From the NCBI GenBank assembly GCA_016000045.1, contig JAECQY010000001.1, positions 169,194 through 233,193 of the forward strand: a stretch of 64,000 bases of DNA, given 5' to 3'. Positions 7,205 through 16,210 of this stretch are shown in pieces. Within the stretch, counting starts at the first letter, position 1. Every line of letters begins with the position of its first letter. The stretch comes from Myxococcaceae bacterium (GTDB lineage: Bacteria > Myxococcota > UBA727 > JABDBI01). Under the pieces are notes generated by a model that did no database searches, was not told where the DNA came from, and was given only the letters and a program-made list of their open reading frames with translations. A program made the position numbers and the translations under genes.

Positions 7205-9982
7205 CTAGCCGTTTTTTAAGCGATTGAGGCTGTCGGAGATCTGGCCTTCGCGTTCTGCTAAGAGCGACTGCTGTTTGCGATATTGCTCTAGAATCTCGAC
7301 TGGCGCTTTCGCAATAAAGCCTGGGCTTTGAAGCCGCTGTTCGAGACCTTTTCGCTCTTGAGTGATTTTCTCAAGCTCTTTTTGAAGCCGACGGGTTTCG
7401 GTCGCTAAATCGAGCAAGCCTTCCAGGGGAAGCACGATATCGTAGAGGCCATTCGTGTGAGTGGCCGCAAAGCGAGGAGTCGTGTAGTCTTGCCTTGTTC
7501 GGAAATCGACCGAATCCAAAAGAGCCAAGCGAAGCAGAGCTTCTTTTTGCTCGGCCAAGAAGTCCAAGTCGGCTGATTGCTCTGCTAGAATCACGGCTGA
7601 AAGACGCTTTTGAGCGGGCAAGTTCGATTCTTGTCTGGCGTTTCGAATCATGCCAATGACTTCTTGCAATTGAGCAAAGCTTTTTTCAGCCGCTGGGTCG
7701 AGATAAGCTCGATTGGCAACCGGAAATGAGGCAAAAGAACAAGTCCCTTCGGTGCCAGGCAAATGAGACCAAATTTCTTCGGAGACAAAGGGACAAAAAG
7801 GGTGCAAGAGCCGGACGCTGGTGGAGACCAGCTCAACCAAGATCGAACGAACGGCGGGAGAATCCATGCGAATCTTCGCAAGCTCGATGTACCAGTCGCA
7901 GACCTCGGTCCAGAAGAATTGATAAAGCGCATCGGAAGCGACGCTGAATTCGTAATGAGACAGGCTTTTGTCCACTTGCTCGATGACCTGTTGAAGGCGC
8001 GATAAAATAAAACGGTCTTCCAGCATGAAGAGCTCTTGGACTTGCGTGAGGGGCAGAATCGGCTCTGGGCCGATGCGCATGAGCACAAAGCGGGTGGCGT
8101 TCCAGACTTTATTCAAAAAGGCTCGATACCCAGAAACTCGAGGAATGGCGAGTTTGACATCTTGGCCTTGGCCCGACAGCATCGCCAGGCTAAGACGTAG
8201 ACCGTCTGCACCGGAGGCAGGAATTCCGTCTGGGTAATCTTTTTTAAGGCCTTCTAAAACGTGATTGAGCATTTTAGGAGGAACCGGGTAATTTTTGGTT
8301 TTGACCAACAAGTCTTCCAGAGAAATCCCTTCGATGACATCGATGGGGTCGATGGCATTGCCCAGAGATTTCGACATTTTTCGGCCGTGAGCGTCTCGTA
8401 CCATGGCATGCAAATAGATATCCCGAAACGGAACTTGCCCCATAAAATGCAAGCCAAACATCATCATGCGGGCCACCCAAAAGAAAAGAATGTCAAACCC
8501 CGTTTCCAGCACGCTGGTGGGGTAGAAGGTTTTCAGGTCGCTGGTTTCATGAGGCCAACCGAGTGTTGAGAACGGCCACAAAGCGGAAGAAAACCACGTA
8601 TCCAAGACGTCTTCTTCTTGGCGATAGCGCTCTGGGCCAAATTTTTTGACGAGATCCTCACGGCTCGCGACGGAAATTTCACGCATTTCAGCATCGCTTA
8701 AGGAGTTCAAATCTCGATCCCCAAGCTTTTGCAGGTCGTAATAGACCGGAATGGGGTGTCCCCACCAAAGTTGACGCGAAATGCACCAATCTTGGATGTT
8801 CAAGAGAAAATGGTCGTAGGTTTTTTTCCAGCTTGCAGGCAAAATCCGAGTTTCGCCATTCTCAACCGCTTGATAGGCTTTTTGAGCCATCGAGTCCATG
8901 CGAATAAAGTATTGTTTGCTGAGCATGGGCTCAATATCTTCCCCAGAACGTGAGGATACCGAGACTTTGTGTTCGATGCTTTGAGCCCCTCGAACAAGAC
9001 CCAACGCTTCTAAATCTTTTTTAATTTGGCTGCGCGCTTCTTGCCGAGTGAGGCCTTGGTAGGAACCTCCTTGATGGTTCACCTTGCCGTCTCGTGTGAA
9101 AATCGATATTTCCGCTAAACCATGGCGTTTCCCTGCGGCGTAGTCGTTTGGATCGTGCGCAGGCGTCATTTTGACCGCTCCGGTTCCAAAATCCACGTCA
9201 ACCAGAGTGTCCGCGATGATCGGAATCACGCGGGATTCGAAAAACGGATGCCTGACCTGACGGCCTTGCAAATGTTTGTATCGAGGGTCGTCTGGATGAA
9301 CCGCAATGGCGGTGTCGCCCAGCATGGTTTCGGGTCGGGTGGTTGCGACAACGATTTCTTCTTCGAGGCCGATGATTGGATAGGCAAAATGGAACAGCTC
9401 TCCTGTGCGGGCCACGTGCTCGACTTCTTCGTCGCTGAGCGCTGTCTGAGAACCCGGATCCCAGTTCACCAGGCGCTCTCCTCGGTAGATGAGGCCCTCG
9501 TCCCAAAGTCGCACAAAGGCTTCGTTAACGGCTTCGCAGAGTTCGGGATCCAGCGTGAATTTATGCCGGTTCCAATCCGCGGAAGCCCCCAACTGCTTCA
9601 TTTGGTGAACAATGGTTTTGCCGTTTTGGTCAACCCATTGCCAAATTTTTTTCACAAATTCAGGACGACCGATTTCGTGGCGGGTTTTGCCTTCTTGTTT
9701 GAAGACTTCGCGCTCAACGACCGTTTGCGTCGCGATGCCCGCATGATCGGTTCCTGGGAGCCAAAGGGTCTTTCGCCCTTTCATGCGATGATAACGTACC
9801 AAAATATCTTGCAGTGTCACGAAAAGCGCATGCCCATTGTGAAGAACGCCTGTCACGTTGGGAGGCGGCATCATGACGGTGTAAGGCACACCGGTTTTTT
9901 CATCGGGTGAAAAGAAACCGGGCTTGTCAAAGAGTGCGCGCCATTTTAGCTCAAGGGTCTTTGCGTCGTATTTCGGATCCAT
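7205..9982 (-). CDS. valS: Valyl-tRNA synthetase
   Basis: HIGH-like PPPNVTGVLHNGHAL and KMSKS motifs are present. Length is 925 aa with a C-terminal coiled coil. Confidence 0.95.
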   Translation of the reverse strand: MDPKYDAKTLELKWRALFDKPGFFSPDEKTGVPYTVMMPPPNVTGVLHNGHALFVTLQDILVRYHRMKGRKTLWLPGTDHAGIATQTVVEREVFKQEGKTRHEIGRPEFVKKIWQWVDQNGKTIVHQMKQLGASADWNRHKFTLDPELCEAVNEAFVRLWDEGLIYRGERLVNWDPGSQTALSDEEVEHVARTGELFHFAYPIIGLEEEIVVATTRPETMLGDTAIAVHPDDPRYKHLQGRQVRHPFFESRVIPIIADTLVDVDFGTGAVKMTPAHDPNDYAAGKRHGLAEISIFTRDGKVNHQGGSYQGLTRQEARSQIKKDLEALGLVRGAQSIEHKVSVSSRSGEDIEPMLSKQYFIRMDSMAQKAYQAVENGETRILPASWKKTYDHFLLNIQDWCISRQLWWGHPIPVYYDLQKLGDRDLNSLSDAEMREISVASREDLVKKFGPERYRQEEDVLDTWFSSALWPFSTLGWPHETSDLKTFYPTSVLETGFDILFFWVARMMMFGLHFMGQVPFRDIYLHAMVRDAHGRKMSKSLGNAIDPIDVIEGISLEDLLVKTKNYPVPPKMLNHVLEGLKKDYPDGIPASGADGLRLSLAMLSGQGQDVKLAIPRVSGYRAFLNKVWNATRFVLMRIGPEPILPLTQVQELFMLEDRFILSRLQQVIEQVDKSLSHYEFSVASDALYQFFWTEVCDWYIELAKIRMDSPAVRSILVELVSTSVRLLHPFCPFVSEEIWSHLPGTEGTCSFASFPVANRAYLDPAAEKSFAQLQEVIGMIRNARQESNLPAQKRLSAVILAEQSADLDFLAEQKEALLRLALLDSVDFRTRQDYTTPRFAATHTNGLYDIVLPLEGLLDLATETRRLQKELEKITQERKGLEQRLQSPGFIAKAPVEILEQYRKQQSLLAEREGQISDSLNRLKNG

Positions 9983-10022
9983 GGGGTCTTTAAGATAGCA
10001 CGCTCAGCTTAGGAGGAAAGAC

Positions 10023-10556
10023 ATGTTTCGAGTTCCGGGTAGACTTCTGGCTTTCATGTTCATCGCGCTATCCAGCATGGCGGAAAAATTCGAACTTTCA
10101 GAAGGCAGCATGAGCGCTGGCGGGCAGGCCATGCTGAACTATTCAAGTCCGGATATCAGCGACTGGAATGCCGATTATTTGAATTTAGGAGTGGCCGTAA
10201 ACGGGGGCTTTTTCTTTTTGAAGAATTTGGCTGGGGTGGTCGATGCACAACTGACGGGCCAAATTTCCGATAGAATGGAATCCAAGCGGCGCTATCAATT
10301 TGCAACCGGAATCTGGTATGCTGTGGATACGAAGAGCAACTATTACCCCTATGTTCAGCTGCTGGGGTACGTTTCGAACGTCGCCAGTGGCTGGTCTGCT
10401 GGACTGATGCCTTCACTTGGATTATTGGTAGGGCTCTCTGCGCAGCTGGCGCTCGATTTTGGGTTTATCTCTCGGATCGATTTTGCGATTTCGCGGGAAG
10501 GGTCGACGGCCCTTGAGTTGGGAACTGGTTTTGTCGGGATTCGAGCGTTTTTCTAG
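10023..10556 (+). CDS. Putative small outer-membrane beta-barrel protein
   Basis: Signal peptide, alternating hydrophobic residues, and a C-terminal ...GIRAFF ending in an aromatic residue. Confidence 0.4.
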   Translation: MFRVPGRLLAFMFIALSSMAEKFELSEGSMSAGGQAMLNYSSPDISDWNADYLNLGVAVNGGFFFLKNLAGVVDAQLTGQISDRMESKRRYQFATGIWYAVDTKSNYYPYVQLLGYVSNVASGWSAGLMPSLGLLVGLSAQLALDFGFISRIDFAISREGSTALELGTGFVGIRAFF

Positions 10557-10569
10557 AGGAGTTGCATAC

Positions 10570-11211
10570 ATGGTACTCAGAGGCTTTATTTGGCTGCTGC
10601 CCGCAGCGTTGGCGGTTGCGCAAGACAAGCGTGTGCAGCCTTTCACGGAGCCGCCCAAAATAGATTGGACGACCGAGCAAAAATCAAAACTTGAAAAAGG
10701 CGAACTCGTCTTCATCGAACGGCAAGAAGACCGGCCTGGTTCACGGTATTATCGAGAGGGAAGTGCGGGCTTTCGGCTGGATGCGAGCTTTGAGCGGGTT
10801 TGGAAAGTGCTCGGCGATTTTGAAAAATACCCGGATTGGGCGTATAAAATCGCATCGGCTGAAGACTATGAACCCGCGCAGAAGAAAGACGGCCACCGGT
10901 ATTTGGAGTTTAAGGCAGCGGTGGTTGGAAAGAAGTATTACGTCGATCACGACCTTTCGAACCAAGAAAAGGGTTGGATTGTTTGGCAAACCGATCACGC
11001 GAAAGCCAATGATTGTGTGTTGGATACAGCGGGAGTGTGGCGCTTAGAACCGGTCAAAAATACGCTTGAAAAAACGGATGTGTTCTATTCGGGAAAAGTG
11101 GTCTTAAACAAGCTTTGTGCCAAGGGGTTTCTGGGGATGGGTGGCTTCAATGGCCAAGATATGGCGAAGCAGATGCATCAAGAGCTGAAGAAGCGCGTAT
11201 CGTCCAAATGA
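10570..11211 (+). CDS. SRPBCC (START/polyketide-cyclase-like) family protein
   Basis: Motif RVWKVLGDFEKYPDW. A paralog follows immediately with a 4-nt overlap. Confidence 0.45.
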   Translation: MVLRGFIWLLPAALAVAQDKRVQPFTEPPKIDWTTEQKSKLEKGELVFIERQEDRPGSRYYREGSAGFRLDASFERVWKVLGDFEKYPDWAYKIASAEDYEPAQKKDGHRYLEFKAAVVGKKYYVDHDLSNQEKGWIVWQTDHAKANDCVLDTAGVWRLEPVKNTLEKTDVFYSGKVVLNKLCAKGFLGMGGFNGQDMAKQMHQELKKRVSSK

Positions 11212-11885
11212 TGGCTCAAAAAAGCCTACGGAATCTGATCTGGGTTGGCTTTGGGTGGATCGCGTCCTTTGGGCTTTGGGCGGAATTGAAACCGTACGAA
11301 GCAGAACCGCCGGATATCGTCCTCACCGCCCCACAGCAAGCAAATATGGCAGCGGGGAAGCTGGTCTATGTGATGGATCATACGCTGGGCCAGCTCAAAG
11401 AAGTGGCGATCGCTTTTCGAGTGAAAGCGTCTCCTGAGAAAGTTTGGCGTGTTTTGAGTGACTTTGGTCAGTATCCCCAATGGTCGTACCGTGTTGGAAG
11501 TGCGGTGGGACAATTTTTGGGGAATGATCACTGGTTGGTCGACTTTACAACCCATCTCAAGCAACACTATTATCTCGTTCACCATGTTCCCATGAAAGAT
11601 TGGCTGAGCTGGCATACCGATCATTCTCAATTGAACGATTGCGTGTTGGATACGGTTGGATTTTGGCGCGTGAAAGCGGTCGAGGGTTTCGATCATCTTT
11701 CCGATGTATTTTGGTACGGGAGGATGCGTTTCAGCAGACTGTGTGCGAACGGAATTTTTGAAATCGGAGGATTTGATGCGCGCAGCATGGGGCAGATCAT
11801 TTACAAAAACCTTCGTTTGCAGGCAGAGTCTCTGTTGATTTCTGGCCCTGATCCTAAGCACACCGTTTTGCCGATCGAGCCATAA
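11208..11885 (+). CDS. SRPBCC family protein (tandem paralog)
   Basis: KVWRVLSDFGQYPQWSY. About 35% identical to the upstream ORF with the same domain layout. Confidence 0.45.
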   Translation: MMAQKSLRNLIWVGFGWIASFGLWAELKPYEAEPPDIVLTAPQQANMAAGKLVYVMDHTLGQLKEVAIAFRVKASPEKVWRVLSDFGQYPQWSYRVGSAVGQFLGNDHWLVDFTTHLKQHYYLVHHVPMKDWLSWHTDHSQLNDCVLDTVGFWRVKAVEGFDHLSDVFWYGRMRFSRLCANGIFEIGGFDARSMGQIIYKNLRLQAESLLISGPDPKHTVLPIEP

Positions 11886-12088
11886 CTTGCTACGTTGGCT
11901 GCGCGCCTCTTCGAAATCGTAGATGTCAGGTAACTGCATAAAGAATAGAAGTGTAGCACACGAGGCTGTAGCTCAAATTATCCAAACGTAGGAGATAGCA
12001 AGCTTGAATGAGTGCCGAAGGCGATAGCTGCTTTCGGCCTGAACTAGAAAGCGATTTCATTCTTTGGGTGGATCATGTTTTGATTTTC

Positions 12089-12180
12089 TTAGCAATAAGC
12101 TCCAAAGTTTACGAAAGTAATTTAGAAGCTCATTTATTACAGTGCGTCTAAACGCCATAATTTATTTTGGCGGGCATCGC
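12089..12180. repeat. Intergenic repeat family A, copy 1 (~92 nt)
   Basis: About 85% identical to 57477-57570: gcaataagctccaaagtttacgRaagtaatt...gcgtctaaacgccataatttattttgRcggg. Confidence 0.6.
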
Positions 12181-12376
12181 TGTTGAACCCGGACAATTTC
12201 TTGACTGGTTATCTAAAGAAGAGTAGAGATTTTATCAGATTGTTGACGTTGCTAAAAAAACCAGTTTTTCTAATTCTCGATCTGGATAAAATCTAGTCCT
12301 ATAGTGGGGTAGATTACGATTTTTCCAACAGAATCAAAAGCTGTTTTATATTTCCTAGGGGAAGGTGAGGTGTCAT

Positions 12377-13969
12377 ATGGTTATTCTATTTATTCTTCTG
12401 TTCTGTCTTTCTCCTCTGGCTGAAGCTCAGCTTTGGACCCTTCAAAATGCAAATCAGCCCTATGTATGGTGTGATTCTTACAAGAATCATCGTTGGGATG
12501 ATTGGTCTTGGTCTACCTCTGATCCCGAGGAAGACAAATGCCGCTCTCGTCTCTGGAAATTGAAGGTGGAAAATTTCGGGGCCTCTAACAACCCTTGTTT
12601 TAAGGAAATATGGGGATTGCTGGAGCCTCAGTCTGGGACCGTGTCTTTTGTCAATGTGTCCATGGCCTATATTCAAGACATGTCTATTGCTAAAAGGCTT
12701 GTTGCCTTGGCTGGAAATGGCGCAAAGATTTTTGTGCAGCAAAATGCGAAACCAGAGCAAAACAGTGACGGACAAGATAACTTCTGCGCTATTAAGGTTC
12801 GAGAATTTTTTAAATCGAATGAAGGAATCCCCAACTTCAGTTGGGCTCTTAAAAATCTTGGTGAGTACAACCTATATCACCCCAAAATTCTTCAGGTGAC
12901 CCATGTTGATGAAGGAGGCGTTCAGCAGCATTTTCTGCTCCAGGGGTCGTATAATTTTAACCCTGCGGCTTGGAAAAGCAATGTGGAGGTGATTACGATT
13001 CTTAAAAATTCTGGAAACCCACCCCTGAACCCTCTTCTTGAGCAACCATCTGAGACTTTAGGAGAGTGGACGGTGCTTCATCCTTTGTTGGATTGTCTTC
13101 CTCAGAATGTCCGGCCCTTGGCATGGAATGATCTTCATAGTGCAGCCTCTTACCCGCCAGGTAACGCTGTATCGCCTGGTTACAAAAATAATCGCTGTTT
13201 TAGAATGATATATAACTTGTTAAATCCAGAAGATAAAACACATATTTCTGTAGAAGTGAAAACAGGATATTTCGAAGACAAAAAGCTCGCTCAAATGCTA
13301 AAAACACTTATTGACCAGGGGGTTTCCGTTTCTGTAGAGGCGGATCAATCGAAAATATCAGGCATTGATTCGGAAGCGATTCGAACAGAAATCAATGAGC
13401 TAAACGCGAAAAAAAAGAACCCGGATGATCCGAAGTTAAAACGCTTGATTTCTGAACTCAAAAAAATTGATGCAATTCAATACATCAAGACTTTGTTGGG
13501 TGAAAATGCTACATTCTACGATAAATTTCCTTCGGGTGGCATTTACCACCCTAAATATATGAAGGTTATGTTTGAGAAAAAGGAAGCCGATGAAAAGACA
13601 TACGTTTATACCTACATCATCGTAGGGTCTTATAACTTTACAGTGGCTGCGTGGCGATTGAACCAAGAGTCTATGACGGTTCTCCTGAAGAAGGAAGAAA
13701 AGAAGAAGCAAGAAAAACCTGCTGTATTGTCAGAAGCCCTGGCTGCCACCGATGCAAAGAAACTAGAGGCAGAATTCGAAAAACTAGAGATTCCATCGTT
13801 TTCTCAAGGCGTCGTTTCTGGACGACAGAGTACTCGGTCCTTGGATAAGAGTTCTCAGTTGGAGGATGTTGATTCCTTTCTGCCAATGCCGATGGGCACA
13901 GGAATTATCGGAGAGCAGCAAAAACTTGGGGGTCTTCTAGAATTTCTTGCCTCGAATAGAATGCTATGA
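12377..13969 (+). CDS. Secreted phospholipase-D-superfamily (HKD motif) protein
   Basis: Signal peptide MVILFILLFCLSPLAEA. Two HKD-like motifs: HPKILQVTHVDEGG...GSYNFN and HPKYMKVM...VGSYNFT. The gene sits in an AT-rich, low-GC islet. Confidence 0.5.
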   Translation: MVILFILLFCLSPLAEAQLWTLQNANQPYVWCDSYKNHRWDDWSWSTSDPEEDKCRSRLWKLKVENFGASNNPCFKEIWGLLEPQSGTVSFVNVSMAYIQDMSIAKRLVALAGNGAKIFVQQNAKPEQNSDGQDNFCAIKVREFFKSNEGIPNFSWALKNLGEYNLYHPKILQVTHVDEGGVQQHFLLQGSYNFNPAAWKSNVEVITILKNSGNPPLNPLLEQPSETLGEWTVLHPLLDCLPQNVRPLAWNDLHSAASYPPGNAVSPGYKNNRCFRMIYNLLNPEDKTHISVEVKTGYFEDKKLAQMLKTLIDQGVSVSVEADQSKISGIDSEAIRTEINELNAKKKNPDDPKLKRLISELKKIDAIQYIKTLLGENATFYDKFPSGGIYHPKYMKVMFEKKEADEKTYVYTYIIVGSYNFTVAAWRLNQESMTVLLKKEEKKKQEKPAVLSEALAATDAKKLEAEFEKLEIPSFSQGVVSGRQSTRSLDKSSQLEDVDSFLPMPMGTGIIGEQQKLGGLLEFLASNRML

Positions 13970-14646
13970 GTCCCGGCATGCTTTCTGGTGGGCTTGTAGG
14001 CAGGGCTGTAATGAGTGGGACTCCAAATTACCTTCGTGAACTTTCACGGGGGTAGTTCGCTCTCATGTGTCGGGTGTCACCCAACGTTATTGCTTCCTAA
14101 ATCAAGTGCGCCTCTAAATTACTTTCTTTTACTCCAAGTGAAATATTCACGACGAAGCTCTAAAATACGCATTCTGTTTCCGAATAGCTAGGATTTTAAT
14201 CTCCTTGAATTAGTAGCTCTAACGGGTGATCGAGCATCCAAACGCCTAAAATTCTGATAAGCCGTGTGAAAAGTTCGCGTCAATCAATTCAAGAACCCCT
14301 CAGGTCTTCTAAAAAAAGCTCCATCTGATGTTCGTCTTTGAGGCTTTCAAAACGGGCTGCAGGGGGGTAAGATACTACGTGTCCTTCGTGCGTGTTGAGC
14401 CAGGCAATCGGATCGCTGACTCGAACAAGCGATTACCGAGCAGGATGTTCTCATGGTCTAAGATCACTTCTTTTTTGTCGATCGGGGAATGGATTGCTTC
14501 GTTGGCTACGCCGACGATGTTCTAGTTAGACAGAAGTCTCATGAGCCCACTACCGGACCCGGCTTTTCACGAAATCCTGCAATGTAAAATTGCAGGATTT
14601 TGCAGGATTAATGAAGCGTGATATTTTTCAGATGATCAGCGCGCTT

Positions 14647-16206
14647 CTATTTCTTGAGTTTTTTCAAGAAGATTGCTTGAATCAAGGAGGCTTCTTCCAT
14701 TCTAGAGAAAAGGGTTGCAGCCGCATAAAACCCAATGCTTGAAGTCAGAGCGAGGCCCAATATAGCGCTATTTTTGAGCGTGGGGCCTTCTTGCCAGCTT
14801 CCCCAAGAACAAATGCCGTAGGCGATGGCTCCCATGAAGGCAGACAAAATCATTTGTTGAAGCATGGATCGAATGAGTACTCGCCCGCCTAAGAGTCCGA
14901 TTTTGCGTTTGAGAAAGAACGCAAGTAAGAAAGCTTGAATAAAACTCGACAACGTGAGCGAGCCGGCGAGCCCCACCACTTCATAAGGCATTAATAAAAC
15001 TCCAAGGGCGAAGTTGACCAGCAGAACGACCGTTGCCACCAAGACGGGAGTACGCATGTCTTGAAGCGCGTAAAACGCTTGAACGGTTGTGCGGCAGAAA
15101 GCAACGGTAATAAGTCCGGGCGCAAAAGCGATGGTTGCCCAAGCGGTCAGCTCAGTGGCCTGCCAATCGTAAGCTCCGTGAAAGAAAAGCACGGAAACAA
15201 TCGGAAGGCCGATCGTGGTTAAACCGATCGAGGCTGGAATCGTAATAAAATTCGTGAGCCGAGTGGAGAAATTCCAGGTCTGAAGGAGCTTGGCATGATC
15301 CTGGGATTGTTCGCTCATGGCAGGCAGTGTGGCGGTTGCAATCGAGATGGCAAAGATTCCCAAAGCCAGCTGCATGATTCGATCCGCCGTGCTGTAGCAA
15401 GTGATCTGACCTTCGGGCAGATAGCTTCCCAGCTGCCGTAAGACCATGAGGTTGATTTGGTAGATGGCGACCCCAAAAACCGAAGGGAGAAGCATGCGGA
15501 GTAATTTTTCCAAAGGCTTGGAGTGAAACTGAAACGAAGGTTTCAACAGCAAACCGTAACGCGCTAAGGTCGGCAATTGAGCTGCTAACTGCAAAATGCC
15601 GCCTAGAATCACTCCTAAAGCCAGCGAGTAGATCGGCTGCTGGAAGGCTGTATAAAAGTAGATTGAACATCCCACCATGGAAACATTTAAAAGAACGGGT
15701 GAGAAAGCAGGGGTGCTGAAGTGCTTGTGGGAATTCAGAGCGCCCATGGCAAGAGCGACGAAGCTAATAAAGAACACGTAGACAAACATCCAGCGCGTGA
15801 GTGAAGTCGCTAATTCGAGCTGGCCTGCATGCTTCGCGAAGCCACTGGCAAAGGCGTAAACCCAATAAGAGGCCCCTAAAATACCCACCAGGACTAAAAG
15901 GGTTAACGTGATCAGCAAGAGCCCCAACACCGAACGATAGAACTTCTTGGCTTCTTCCAAGCCATCGGTACGCAAGACTTCGGTGTAAACGGGTATAAAC
16001 GCGACCGTCAGGGCTCCCTCGGCTACAAACCGACGAAGTGTGTTGGGAATTGTGAAGGCAATATTGAAGGCGTCCATGACCGCATTGGCGCCGAAGAGGT
16101 GAGCGGTGACCATGTCGCGTATCAGGCCTGCGAAACGCGAAAGCGTGGTGAAGAATGCCACCACGCCCGCGTTTTTGGTCAATTCAGAGTGAGAGATTGG
16201 ACTCAA
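14647..16206 (-). CDS. murJ: Lipid II flippase MurJ
   Basis: MviN/MurJ N-terminal signature: RFAGLIRDMVTAHLFGANAVMDAFNIAF...ALTVAFIP. Polytopic, 519 aa. Confidence 0.9.
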   Translation of the reverse strand: MSPISHSELTKNAGVVAFFTTLSRFAGLIRDMVTAHLFGANAVMDAFNIAFTIPNTLRRFVAEGALTVAFIPVYTEVLRTDGLEEAKKFYRSVLGLLLITLTLLVLVGILGASYWVYAFASGFAKHAGQLELATSLTRWMFVYVFFISFVALAMGALNSHKHFSTPAFSPVLLNVSMVGCSIYFYTAFQQPIYSLALGVILGGILQLAAQLPTLARYGLLLKPSFQFHSKPLEKLLRMLLPSVFGVAIYQINLMVLRQLGSYLPEGQITCYSTADRIMQLALGIFAISIATATLPAMSEQSQDHAKLLQTWNFSTRLTNFITIPASIGLTTIGLPIVSVLFFHGAYDWQATELTAWATIAFAPGLITVAFCRTTVQAFYALQDMRTPVLVATVVLLVNFALGVLLMPYEVVGLAGSLTLSSFIQAFLLAFFLKRKIGLLGGRVLIRSMLQQMILSAFMGAIAYGICSWGSWQEGPTLKNSAILGLALTSSIGFYAAATLFSRMEEASLIQAIFLKKLKK

Positions 16207-16210
16207 GAGA

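Noticed and set aside
9122-9910. 262-aa plus-strand ORF inside valS
   Set aside because: Antisense shadow ORF of valS.
11226-11939. 237-aa minus-strand ORF
   Set aside because: Antisense to the second SRPBCC gene; no features.
14328-14525. 65-aa plus-strand ORF. The opposite strand reads NIVGVANEAIHSPIDKKEVILDHENILLGNRLFESAIRLPGSTRTKDT followed by a stop.
   Set aside because: No start context on either strand, and an internal stop. Possibly a decayed gene fragment in the AT-rich islet, not a functional CDS.
15152-15670. 172-aa minus-strand ORF within murJ
   Set aside because: Alternative frame of murJ.
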